In this document: piece after piece, positions 38,365-47,316 of the stretch
Numbering within the stretch: the first letter of the stretch is position 1
Layout: every line of letters starts with the position of its first letter
Origin: Nitrospirota bacterium
Lineage (GTDB): Bacteria; Nitrospirota; Thermodesulfovibrionia; Thermodesulfovibrionales; JdFR-88
Direction: 5' to 3'
Assembly: GCA_014874185.1 (NCBI GenBank)
Contig: JACWAF010000029.1
Coordinates: 1-64,000 of the forward strand
Length of the DNA: 64,000 nucleotides
Notes under the pieces: model-generated
What the model was told of the DNA's origin: nothing
What the model saw: only the letters and a program-made list of their open reading frames with translations
Database searches by the model: none
Position numbers and translations under genes: made by a program

Positions 38365-38473
38365 CGGGAATTTTTTTTGTGAGCTTCTTCAGGGAAAGTA
38401 GATGATGATTGGAATGTTAGTTCATTTCATTGCCATTGGCAACAGGAAAAAGCCAGAAAAAGGCGAAGATTCT

Positions 38474-38576
38474 CTACTTTTCTTTTTTATAAAAAAGAAA
38501 AGTAGCAAAAGAAAAAATTTTTACCGAAAAGCGTCCAAAAGTTCTTTTTGCTGCTTTTTCTTACAAGAAAAAGCAG
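38474..38576. repeat. Composite hairpin element B (palindromes at 38474-38505 and 38551-38576)
   Basis: ctacttttcttttttataaaaaagaaaagtag caaaagaaaaaatttttacc ... ctgctttttcttacaagaaaaagcag. Confidence 0.85.
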
Positions 38577-38587
38577 GTCCTTTGTCT

Positions 38588-39892
38588 TTACGGTCTTCCC
38601 ACGGAGTAGTATTTAAACCCGGCGGCGCGCATTTTTTCGGGGTCGTAGATATTGCGGAGGTCGAAGAAGAAGGGCTGGTTCAGGAGTTTCATTATCTGGC
38701 CCAGATCGAGGTTGCGAAACTCGTTCCACTCGGTGACTATGACCAGGGCGTCGGCCCCTTTTGCGGCCTCGTAGGGGTCTTTGGAGTATTTCACGGTATT
38801 TGGCAGCAGCTTTTTTGCCACGGGGACGGCGGCCGGGTCATAGGCCTTTATAACCGCTCCCTTTTTTGAAAGGGCATTTATGATGTCTATTGCCGGGGCC
38901 TCGCGAACGTCGTCGGTATTGGGTTTGAAGGAGAGCCCGAGGATGGCGAGGGTCTTCCCCTCAAGCGGGTTCAGGGCGTCCTTTATCCTCTCCACCATGG
39001 AGCGCTTCTGGGACTCGTTCACCTCGATGGCGGCCTTGATTATTTTAAGTTCGGTACCCGTCTCCTCGGCAAGGCTCACCAGTGCCCTGGTGTCCTTGGG
39101 GAAGCATGAGCCGCCGAAGCCCGGGCCGGGGTGGAGGAACTTGGGGCCTATGCGCTTGTCCAGCCCTATCCCTTTGGCCACCATGTGCACGTCCGCGCCG
39201 AGGCGCTCGCAGAGCTGGGCCATCTCGTTTATGAATGATATCTTTGTGGCCAGGAAGGAGTTGGAGGCGTACTTGATAAGTTCGGCCGTTTCAATGTCGG
39301 TTGTAACGAACGGGGTCTCCAGGAGGTAGAGCGGCCTGTAGAGGTCCTGCAGGATGGCGGAGGCCTGCGGGCTCTCGGAGCCGATGACCACGCGGTTCGG
39401 GCGCATGAAATCCTCTATGGCCGCGCCCTCGCGGAGGAACTCGGGGTTTGAGGCCACATCGAAGTGGGTATTGTTCTTCCGGTTTTCCTCTATTATCTTT
39501 TTAATGCGCTTTCCCGTGCCTACGGGGACGGTGCTCTTGGTGACGATCACTTTATAGCCGTCCAGGTGGTTGGCTATCTCCTTTGCCACCTCCTCCACGT
39601 AAGAGAGGTCGCAGGAGCCGTCGCCGCGCGGGGGCGTGCCCACGGCTATGAAGATGACCAGGTTTGAATTTACCGCCTCGCCCACCTTGCTTGTGAAGGC
39701 GAGCCTGCCCTGCTTGAAATTCTTTTCCACAAGGGCCTGGAGGCCCGGTTCGTAAAAGGGGATCCTGCCTCTTTTAAGGGCGTTTATCTTCTCTTCATCG
39801 CGGTCGGCGCAGGTGACGTGTATGCCGAACTCCGCGAAACACGCCCCGGTGACCAGCCCTACATAGCCAGTTCCTATTATTCCTATATGCAT
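38588..39892 (-). CDS. ugd: UDP-glucose 6-dehydrogenase
   Basis: MHIGIIGTGYVGLVTGACFAE (Rossmann fold) and the catalytic GGSCFPKD. A true start at MHIG is preferred over the upstream ORF-track start. Confidence 0.9.
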   Translation of the reverse strand: MHIGIIGTGYVGLVTGACFAEFGIHVTCADRDEEKINALKRGRIPFYEPGLQALVEKNFKQGRLAFTSKVGEAVNSNLVIFIAVGTPPRGDGSCDLSYVEEVAKEIANHLDGYKVIVTKSTVPVGTGKRIKKIIEENRKNNTHFDVASNPEFLREGAAIEDFMRPNRVVIGSESPQASAILQDLYRPLYLLETPFVTTDIETAELIKYASNSFLATKISFINEMAQLCERLGADVHMVAKGIGLDKRIGPKFLHPGPGFGGSCFPKDTRALVSLAEETGTELKIIKAAIEVNESQKRSMVERIKDALNPLEGKTLAILGLSFKPNTDDVREAPAIDIINALSKKGAVIKAYDPAAVPVAKKLLPNTVKYSKDPYEAAKGADALVIVTEWNEFRNLDLGQIMKLLNQPFFFDLRNIYDPEKMRAAGFKYYSVGRP

Positions 39893-39914
39893 TCTACCGG
39901 ATTTCCTTTTTCCC

Positions 39915-40070
39915 CCTTCTTTCTCTTGTAAGAGAAAGAAGGGAAAGAGAATTTTTAGATTTTTTTGCCCCGAACGGGGCAAAAAAATGCAAAACCCAAG
40001 GGGCCTTAGCCCCGTATCTAATGTTTCTCTTCTTTTGCTACTTTTCTTTTTTACAAAAAAAGAAAAGTAG
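39915..40070. repeat. Composite hairpin element C (palindromes at 39915-39942 and 40038-40070, with an internal GC terminator-like hairpin at 39968-39985)
   Basis: ccttctttctcttgtaagagaaagaagg gaaagagaatttttagatttttttg ccccgaacgggg caaaaaaa ... ctacttttcttttttacaaaaaaagaaaagtag. Confidence 0.85.
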
Positions 40071-40160
40071 GTCTTCCCTATTTAAAAAACAGGTACGTTG
40101 ATAATTTATATGTATTTGGCAAACTTGTCAAAACGGGAAGCCGGTTGATATGCTAAAAGG

Positions 40161-42596
40161 ATGCGTTTTTATTCGGCTTTTGAGCGGCCCTCCAGATATA
40201 TAAACCGCGAACTGAACGCCATATACAAGGACGCCCCTCTGAAGGCGGCCCTCGCCTTTCCGGACACCTATGAGGTGGGGATGAGCCACCTGGGCCTGAA
40301 GATATTGTACAAGATAATCAACGACCTCCCCTATGCGCAGGCCGAGAGGGTTTTTCACCCATGGATAGACCTTGAAGCGGAGATGAGGGCCAAAGGCATG
40401 CCGCTTTGCTCGCTGGAGGGCAAACGGCCCTTAAGCGGGTTCGACATAGTGGGTTTCAGCCTTCAGTACGAGCTTTCATATACATCGGTCCTCAATATGC
40501 TGGAACTGGGCGGCATACCTGTTTTTTCAGCCGAGCGGAAGGACTCGCATCCCCTGATCATTGCGGGAGGCCCTTGCGCCGTGAACCCGGCGCCGCTTTC
40601 GCCCTTTATAGACGCCTTCCTCATCGGGGACGGCGAGGAGGCGGTCGTTGAGATCTTCGAGAAATTTTATCAGTGGAAAAAATCGGGCGATGGGCGAAGA
40701 GAAACCGCCCTGCGGATGCTGTCGGAGATTCCCGGCCTGTATGTGCCTGGTCTTTATAAAGCCGTTCCTATTAAAAGGAGAATTATAGAATCTTTGGAGG
40801 ACGCGCCGTATCCGGTGAAACCCGTCCTCCCCTATGCCCAGGTTGTGCACGACAGGGTGAACGTGGAGGTCTCGAGGGGATGCACGATGGGGTGCAGGTT
40901 CTGCCAGGCGGGGATGGTCTACAGGCCCTTGCGGGAGCGCTCGCCCCGGAAGGTGCTGGAGCTTGCCGAGGCCGCCCTGCGCGCCACCGGATACGAGGAA
41001 GTGGCCTTCACATCGCTGTCCGCCGGGGACTATTCCTGCCTGGTGCCGCTTCTAAGGGAGTTCAACAGGCGGTTTTCGGGGCGCATGGTCTCGCTATCTC
41101 TCCCATCACTGAGGGTGAAGGCGGTGAACGCTGAGGTCCTGAACGAGATAAAGTCCGTCCGGAAGACGGGCTTCACGATAGCCCCGGAGGCGGGCACAGA
41201 CAGGCTCCGTGCCGTGATAAACAAGGATTTCTCAAACGAGGATTATCTTAGGGCCCTGGACACCCTTTTTAAGGAGGGCTGGCAGCATATAAAGCTCTAT
41301 TACATGATCGGTCTGCCCACGGAGACCGAAGAGGACATCGAGGCCATCCCAAGGATGGCGGCCCTTGCCGCGCGCGCAGCAAGGAAGTACACCCGCAAAT
41401 TCACGATGAACGTGGGCGTCTCCCCGTTCGTCCCGAAGCCCCATACCCCGTTCATGTGGGAGGGACAGATGGACATGGAGGAGATCAAAAACCGGAAATT
41501 CCACATCCTCCGTTCGCTTAGAAAGGTGGCGCACAAGCTAAAGAGCCATGACGAGCGGATGAGCCTTCTGGAGGCGGCATTCTCGCGCGGGGACTCTGAG
41601 AAGATGCCCGCATTGCTCTATGCCGCATGGCGCAAGGGCGCGCGGCTGGACGGCTGGAGCGAGGGCTTCAACTGGGATGCCTGGCAGGCCGCGATGGAAG
41701 AGACCGGGGTGGACGCCAGGGAATTCGCAATGAGGCGCTACGGCCTGGACGAGCCGCTCCCCTGGGAGATGGTGGATGCCGGAGTGGGCAGGAAATTCCT
41801 GGAAAAAGAATACAGGCTGGCCCTCTCGGGCCGCATCACCCCCGATTGCAGAGGCGTCTGCGCCGGGTGCGCCCTGAAGTGCGGCACTAACCCACCCCTG
41901 CACCCCTCCCAAGAGGGGATTTTAGAGGAAAAGATAAAAAATATCCCGCAAGTCCCGTTCTCAATGCGGGTAGAGTTCTCGAAGACCAGGCCCCTTTCCC
42001 TCCTCTCGCACAGAGAGGTCTATACCGCCATCATCAGGGCGGCAAGGCGGGCGGGCATGCCCCTGGAGTTCACTAAAGGCTTTCACCCCGCGCCAAAACT
42101 CTCCTTCGGCCCGCCTCTTGGCGTGGGCGTGGAGGGGCTTGCCGAGTGCTTCGACATCACCCTCGCCTCGTTCATCCCGCCCGAGGGCTTCAAGACGGCA
42201 ATGAACCTGGAGCTTCCGGAAGGGCTCCGGATAAAGGACGCGCTGGCCCTGCCCCAAAACGGTGTAGCCTCCCTGCAAGCCTTTATATCCATCTACAATT
42301 ATGAGATAATAGGCATCGGGCCTGAAAAGGCCGAAGAATTCATGCAATTGGGCGAGTTCCGGGTGGAACGGGATTCAGGCAGCATAGATATACGTAAAAT
42401 GATCACCAGGGCGGAGACGAGCGGGCCGGATTCCGTCCGGTTCTCCCTGGCCGATACCGAAGAGGCAAAGGTGCGGCTGGAAGAGATACTGAACGCCGTC
42501 TTCGGCAAGGGCCTCCGCGAAGTAACGGCAAGGCGAATAGCCATCCTGGGCAGAAAGAATGATAATTGGCTCTCGCCAATGGAAATACTGAAATGA
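40161..42596 (+). CDS. Radical SAM protein (B12-binding-like N-terminus, CxxxCxxC radical SAM core, C-terminal DUF2344/TIGR03936-like domain)
   Basis: VSRGCTMGCRFCQAG. It is a large multidomain protein of the TIGR03960-like type. Confidence 0.7.
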   Translation: MRFYSAFERPSRYINRELNAIYKDAPLKAALAFPDTYEVGMSHLGLKILYKIINDLPYAQAERVFHPWIDLEAEMRAKGMPLCSLEGKRPLSGFDIVGFSLQYELSYTSVLNMLELGGIPVFSAERKDSHPLIIAGGPCAVNPAPLSPFIDAFLIGDGEEAVVEIFEKFYQWKKSGDGRRETALRMLSEIPGLYVPGLYKAVPIKRRIIESLEDAPYPVKPVLPYAQVVHDRVNVEVSRGCTMGCRFCQAGMVYRPLRERSPRKVLELAEAALRATGYEEVAFTSLSAGDYSCLVPLLREFNRRFSGRMVSLSLPSLRVKAVNAEVLNEIKSVRKTGFTIAPEAGTDRLRAVINKDFSNEDYLRALDTLFKEGWQHIKLYYMIGLPTETEEDIEAIPRMAALAARAARKYTRKFTMNVGVSPFVPKPHTPFMWEGQMDMEEIKNRKFHILRSLRKVAHKLKSHDERMSLLEAAFSRGDSEKMPALLYAAWRKGARLDGWSEGFNWDAWQAAMEETGVDAREFAMRRYGLDEPLPWEMVDAGVGRKFLEKEYRLALSGRITPDCRGVCAGCALKCGTNPPLHPSQEGILEEKIKNIPQVPFSMRVEFSKTRPLSLLSHREVYTAIIRAARRAGMPLEFTKGFHPAPKLSFGPPLGVGVEGLAECFDITLASFIPPEGFKTAMNLELPEGLRIKDALALPQNGVASLQAFISIYNYEIIGIGPEKAEEFMQLGEFRVERDSGSIDIRKMITRAETSGPDSVRFSLADTEEAKVRLEEILNAVFGKGLREVTARRIAILGRKNDNWLSPMEILK

Positions 42597-42719
42597 CTTC
42601 TTTCTCTTATAAGAGAAAGAAGCAAAGAGAATTTTTAGATTTTTCTGCTCTTCCAGAGCAGAGAAGTAGTAAGAATTTTTTCTCTTGCTACTTCTCTTTT
42701 TTGCAAAAAAGAGAAGTAG
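42597..42719. repeat. Composite hairpin element D (palindromes at 42597-42622 and 42688-42719, with an internal ctgctcttccagagcag hairpin)
   Basis: cttctttctcttataagagaaagaag caaagagaatttttagatttttctg ... ctacttctcttttttgcaaaaaagagaagtag. Confidence 0.85.
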
Positions 42720-42729
42720 GTAATCCTTT

Positions 42730-44250
42730 ATGAACTTATCAAGCACGATACTGGTGAATGTGACCGGGCAGGAGCACCGGGTTGCCCTCATTGAGGGGGG
42801 GCAGGTGGTGGAGGTCTATGTCGAGCGCAGGAAGACGGCCAGCCTGGTGGGCAACATTTATAAAGGCAAGGTGCTGCGGATATTGCCTGGGATGCGTTCG
42901 GCCTTTGTGGACATGGGGCTTGAGAAGGCTGCGTTCCTGTACGTGGCGGACATCCGGACGGACATAGTGGATGATTACGCGATGATGTTCGAGGACGAGA
43001 ACCCCGCCTATGGCGGGACCACTCTGGATTTTCTGCACAAGGGCAGGCACGAGTTTCTGATAGATGAATTGCTGCACGAGGGGCAGGAGATACTGGTGCA
43101 GGTCTCGAAGAACCCCATCGGCAGCAAGGGGGCGAGGGTCACTTCTTATATTACCCTTCCAGGCAGATATATCGTGCTGATGCCGAACCTGGAGCATATC
43201 GGGATATCCAGAAGGATAGGTGATGAGGAAGAGCGGATACGGCTTCGGGGGATAGTTGAGGAGATAAAGCCCAAGGGGTTCGGGCTGATCGTGCGGACGG
43301 CCAGTGAAGGGGCCAGCCGGGATGAGCTTCAGAGGGACCTCGAATTCCTGGTCCACCTCTGGGAGAGCGTGATGAAAAAGAACGAGCACTCCGGTGCGCC
43401 GAGCCTTATACACAGCGACCTTGACCTTGTGCTCCGCAGCGTACGCGACCTGATGAGCCAGAACGTGGACCAGATGGTGCTGGACAACGAAGAGGCCTAC
43501 CAGAAGGTGAACGAGTTCGTAAAGAGCTATTTCCCCAAGCTTCTGAACAGGATAGAGCTTTATGACAGGGACGAGCCGATATTCGATTATTACGGGATAG
43601 AGGTGGACATATCTAGGGCCCTGGGGCGCAGAATATGGCTGAAATCCGGGGGCTACATCGTGATAGACCAGACGGAGGCCATGACGGTAATAGACGTGAA
43701 CACGGGCAAGTACGTGGGAAAGGAAGACCTCGAAGACACCATCCTGCGCACGAACCTTGAGGCCGTAAAGGAGATAGCGTACCAGATAAGGCTCAGGAAC
43801 CTGGGGGGCATCATAATAATAGACTTTATAGACATGGAAGAGATGGAGAACAGGCAGAAGGTCTTCAGCGCCCTGCAGGAGGCGATGAAAAAGGACAGGA
43901 CTAAGAGCACCATCTCCCAGATCACGGAGCTTGGGCTTATCCAGATGACCAGGAAACGGGTGCGCGAGAGCCTGGTGCGCACGCTGCTTGAGCCCTGCCC
44001 CTATTGCGAGGGGAAGGGTTATGTGAAATCCATAATCACCCTCTGCTACGAGATATTCAGGAAGATAGACAAGATGGCGAAACACGGGATGAAGCGGCTT
44101 GTGATCACGGCGCACCCGTATGTGGCGGAGCTGTTGATGGACGAAGAACGGCAGAGGATAGAGGAGATAGAGAACGCCTACGGGATGAAGATAATAGTGA
44201 ATGAAGACCCGGCCCTTCACCAGGAGAATTACGAAATCACCGCATTATGA
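42730..44250 (+). CDS. rng: Ribonuclease G/E family endoribonuclease
   Basis: S1 domain at the N-terminus (ILVNVTGQEHRVALIEGGQVVEVYVE...GNIYKGKV), an RNase E/G catalytic core and a CPYCEGKG zinc link. Confidence 0.85.
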   Translation: MNLSSTILVNVTGQEHRVALIEGGQVVEVYVERRKTASLVGNIYKGKVLRILPGMRSAFVDMGLEKAAFLYVADIRTDIVDDYAMMFEDENPAYGGTTLDFLHKGRHEFLIDELLHEGQEILVQVSKNPIGSKGARVTSYITLPGRYIVLMPNLEHIGISRRIGDEEERIRLRGIVEEIKPKGFGLIVRTASEGASRDELQRDLEFLVHLWESVMKKNEHSGAPSLIHSDLDLVLRSVRDLMSQNVDQMVLDNEEAYQKVNEFVKSYFPKLLNRIELYDRDEPIFDYYGIEVDISRALGRRIWLKSGGYIVIDQTEAMTVIDVNTGKYVGKEDLEDTILRTNLEAVKEIAYQIRLRNLGGIIIIDFIDMEEMENRQKVFSALQEAMKKDRTKSTISQITELGLIQMTRKRVRESLVRTLLEPCPYCEGKGYVKSIITLCYEIFRKIDKMAKHGMKRLVITAHPYVAELLMDEERQRIEEIENAYGMKIIVNEDPALHQENYEITAL

Positions 44251-45044
44251 GAGGGGACTTAAGCCGCCTTATCGAAGCGCTCCGGAAACTGGATAGCGCC
44301 GTTATAGCGTTCTCCGGGGGGGCGGACAGCACGCTCCTTCTGAAGGCGGTGAAGCTGGCGGGCATCAGGGCTCTCGCCGTCACCGGGACTTCCTGGAGCA
44401 CCCCGCCCTGGGACATCGAAGACGCGCTCAGTTCGGCCCTGGAGATAGGCGTGGAGCACAGGATAGTAAACACGTCCGAACTGGAAAATCCCCTTTATAC
44501 AAAAAACGAAAAAGACCGCTGTTTCCACTGCAAGGACGGGCTTTACGCGCACCTGCGGGAGATAGCCGAAGCCGGGGGATACGCGCACGTCCTGGACGGC
44601 AACACGCTTGATGACCTGAGGGATTACAGGCCGGGAATGGCGGCCAGGCACCGGCACGGGGTGATAAGCCCTCTGATGGAGGCCGGGCTGAAGAAGAAGG
44701 ACGTGCGGGAGATATCCAGGGAGCTTGGGCTTTCGACCTGGGACAAGCCCTCCTCTCCCTGCCTTGCCTCACGGATGCCTTACGGCATGAGGATAAGCGC
44801 CCCTGAGCTTGAAAAAATATCCCGGGCTGAATCCGCCATGCGCGCCTTCGGGTTCAGGGAATTCAGGGTGAGAAACCACGGCGATGTGGCAAGGCTTGAG
44901 ATCGCCGAGCATGAATTCAGGAGGGCCGTGGAGACGAGGGCCAGGCTGGCCGATGCCATCAGGGCGGCGGGCTTCAAGTTCGTCTCGCTGGACCTGGAGG
45001 GGTTCAAGAGCGGCAACCTGAACAGGCTCCTTCTGGATGAATAA
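44247..45044 (+). CDS. PP-loop ATP pyrophosphatase (LarE-like, TIGR00268 family)
   Basis: AFSGGADSTLL PP-loop and ..CFHCK. ATGA overlap with rng. Confidence 0.75.
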   Translation: MRGDLSRLIEALRKLDSAVIAFSGGADSTLLLKAVKLAGIRALAVTGTSWSTPPWDIEDALSSALEIGVEHRIVNTSELENPLYTKNEKDRCFHCKDGLYAHLREIAEAGGYAHVLDGNTLDDLRDYRPGMAARHRHGVISPLMEAGLKKKDVREISRELGLSTWDKPSSPCLASRMPYGMRISAPELEKISRAESAMRAFGFREFRVRNHGDVARLEIAEHEFRRAVETRARLADAIRAAGFKFVSLDLEGFKSGNLNRLLLDE

Positions 45045-46140
45045 GAGGACCCTTGAAGACTGCGCCCGGTGCGGAAGCTGCAAGGCGCGCTGCCCGGTTT
45101 ACGAGCTGACACTGAACGAGTCCCTCTCGCCAAGGGGCAGGCTGATGCTTCTGAAGGGCCTCGGGGAGGGCGCGATAAAGCCCGGCAGGCGGGTGGTGGA
45201 ACGTCTTATGAACTGCTCCCTCTGCGGGCTTTGTGATATCTCCTGCCCGGTCGGGCTGAAACCCACTGAGTTCATCTACCGGGGGAGGGCATCGCTTAGA
45301 AGTTCGGACAGGAAAAGGCTGCTCGTCCGAACGGCGATGAGGGCGGGGCTCCGCTATCCCGCCCTCGGCATGAAAGCGGCCAGACTCTTCGGAGGCGTCC
45401 AGATACTTTCCCCTTTCAAATTAAAAATTCCGCCGCACCCCTTGAGGGACGAGTTGCAGGTCATAAAGCCCGAAAGGCCGGTGGGAAGGGTGGGTGTATT
45501 CGCCGGGTGCAGCACGAATTACCTGATGCCCCAGACGGGAGAGAGCCTTATAAACATGCTGGTGAGCATGGGATACGAGGTGGTCCTTCCGCGCGGCGAG
45601 GCCTGCTGCGGCGTGCCCCTGAGGGGCCTTGGCCTGCACGAGGAGGCAGTGAGGTTCGCGGAGAAAAATTACGAGCTGTTTGGAAAATTGAACGCGGAGG
45701 CCGTGCTCTCCCCCTGCCCAAGCTGCGTGCTTGCGCTCAGGGAGCATTATAAAGTCCTGATTGGGAAGTCGATAAACGCCGTGAACGCGGTAAGGTTCCT
45801 TTCTGAAAAGCTCGCCTCCAGAGAGGTTAAAAAGCGCACCGGTCTGGTCTGGCACGAGCCCTGCCATGAACGCTACGGGCTTGGCGAATCGCCGGACAGG
45901 TTTCTGGAGATGTTCGGCATTGAAAGGCGCGAACCCGGCTGCTGCGGCTTCGGCCTGGACCTGGCCGATAAAGGGCTTGCACGGGAGTTCCTCGCAAAAA
46001 GGGCCGTGGCGTACAAGGGCGCGGAGGCCGTGGTCACCTCCTGCCCGGCCTGCCTCGTGCAGCTTGAAAGCGGCGGCATGAAGGCCATGCACCTTATCGA
46101 ATTGATAGAAGAGGCCCTTTTCCTGGAATCCGCGGAATAG
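45037..46140 (+). CDS. (Fe-S)-binding protein with 4Fe-4S motifs and two CCG domains (GlcF/LutA/HdrD-like)
   Basis: CARCGSCKARCP and CSLCGLCDISCP. Cys-rich CCG repeats (CCGVPL, CCGFGLD). Confidence 0.75.
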   Translation: MNKRTLEDCARCGSCKARCPVYELTLNESLSPRGRLMLLKGLGEGAIKPGRRVVERLMNCSLCGLCDISCPVGLKPTEFIYRGRASLRSSDRKRLLVRTAMRAGLRYPALGMKAARLFGGVQILSPFKLKIPPHPLRDELQVIKPERPVGRVGVFAGCSTNYLMPQTGESLINMLVSMGYEVVLPRGEACCGVPLRGLGLHEEAVRFAEKNYELFGKLNAEAVLSPCPSCVLALREHYKVLIGKSINAVNAVRFLSEKLASREVKKRTGLVWHEPCHERYGLGESPDRFLEMFGIERREPGCCGFGLDLADKGLAREFLAKRAVAYKGAEAVVTSCPACLVQLESGGMKAMHLIELIEEALFLESAE

Positions 46141-46219
46141 ACCCCCGCACCGGCAGAATATCACAGCCGAAAATCCGTTATAATAGGCGCGAAGTCCATT
46201 CCTTGCAGAAGGGGGCGTT

Positions 46220-46870
46220 ATGAAGATATTTATCGATACGGCGAATATAGAAGAGATTAAGAAGGCATACAGCCTGGGGGTGGTGGACGGAGTAACCACC
46301 AATCCGTCCCTGCTGGCAAAAGAAAAGAGAGACCCCGTTGGCCTCTTGAAAGAGATATGCTCGGTTGTGGACGGCCCCGTAAGCGCCGAGGCCGTGAGCA
46401 TGGATTCAAAAGAGATGGTCCCCGAAGGCGAAAAACTGGCCCAAATCCACGAGAACATAGTGGTGAAGATCCCCATGACCGAAGAGGGGCTGAAAGCGGT
46501 AAAAATCCTCTCCGGCAAGGGCATAAAAACAAACGTTACGCTCGTCTTCTCCCCTTCGCAGGCCCTCCTGGCCGCAAAGGCGGGGGCCACCTATGTAAGC
46601 CCCTTCGTTGGCAGACTGGACGATATAAGCCAGACCGGCATGGACCTGATAGGCGACATACTTGCCATTTACGACAATTACGGGTTCGAGACCGAGATAA
46701 TCGTGGCAAGCATCCGGAACCCCATGCACGTGGTGGAGGCCGCCAGGATGGGCGCCGACGTGGCCACCATCCCCTATTCCGTCATCCGGCAGCTTACGAA
46801 GCACCCCCTCACGGACATAGGGATAGAAAAGTTCCTTAAAGACTGGGAGAAGCTGCAGAAGGGCTTGTAA
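46220..46870 (+). CDS. tal: Transaldolase / fructose-6-phosphate aldolase (short MipB/TalC type)
   Basis: [15 protein letters not shown]...DGVTTNPSL...IVVKIP...TNVTLVFS. Confidence 0.9.
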   Translation: MKIFIDTANIEEIKKAYSLGVVDGVTTNPSLLAKEKRDPVGLLKEICSVVDGPVSAEAVSMDSKEMVPEGEKLAQIHENIVVKIPMTEEGLKAVKILSGKGIKTNVTLVFSPSQALLAAKAGATYVSPFVGRLDDISQTGMDLIGDILAIYDNYGFETEIIVASIRNPMHVVEAARMGADVATIPYSVIRQLTKHPLTDIGIEKFLKDWEKLQKGL

Positions 46871-46908
46871 TCAAGTTTTTTTATCAGGGGCTCTGCCCCT
46901 GAAACCCC

Positions 46909-46956
46909 GGTTCTTTCTCTTGTAAGAGAAAGAACCGAAGAGAACTTTTAATGCGC
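46909..46956. repeat. Solo hairpin element E (ggttctttctcttgtaagagaaagaacc plus tail gaagagaacttttaatgc)
   Basis: Same family as elements A to D. A GC hairpin (caggggctctgcccctg) precedes it. Confidence 0.8.
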
Positions 46957-47005
46957 ACGCCGGCACGTCTTTATTTCCTCCCGGCAAACCCGTTATAATA
47001 ATGCC

Positions 47006-47230
47006 ATGCCGATTTACGAATACAAATGCGGCAAATGCGGGGCGGAGTTCGAAAAACTGGTCTTCGGCTCCACAAAAATAACCTGCTCCAAATGCGGGTC
47101 TGAAGAAGTGCGGAAGAAACTCTCGGTCTGCGGTTTCAGCGGGCTTGCGAAGCCCTGGGACAACGGTCCTTCTTCATCATCCTCGGGCTGCTCCTCTTGC
47201 AGCAAGTCTTCCTGCTCGGGCTGCCACTAA
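47006..47230 (+). CDS. FmdB-family zinc-ribbon protein
   Basis: MPIYEYKCGKCGAEFE...CSKCGSEE. Confidence 0.8.
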   Translation: MPIYEYKCGKCGAEFEKLVFGSTKITCSKCGSEEVRKKLSVCGFSGLAKPWDNGPSSSSSGCSSCSKSSCSGCH

Positions 47231-47316
47231 AAAATTCAGAATTGGCGGGAAGCAGGTCTTGAGTCCGGATCCTTCCTGGTTTCCTGAATTCCTTCCGTTT
47301 ATGTTTAAATAGACTA

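Noticed and set aside
37017-42719. Integron cassette array (hairpin elements as attC sites)
   Set aside because: The elements lack the RYYYAAC/GTTRRRY attC core sites. No intI gene is in the window. Cassette genes are on mixed strands. The idea is kept only as a loose analogy in the findings.
42739-44220. 493-aa minus-strand ORF antisense to rng
   Set aside because: Shadow ORF. RNase G motifs are on the plus strand.
45421-46590. 389-aa minus-strand ORF spanning the Fe-S protein and transaldolase genes on the opposite strand
   Set aside because: Spans two well-supported plus-strand genes. No recognisable motifs.
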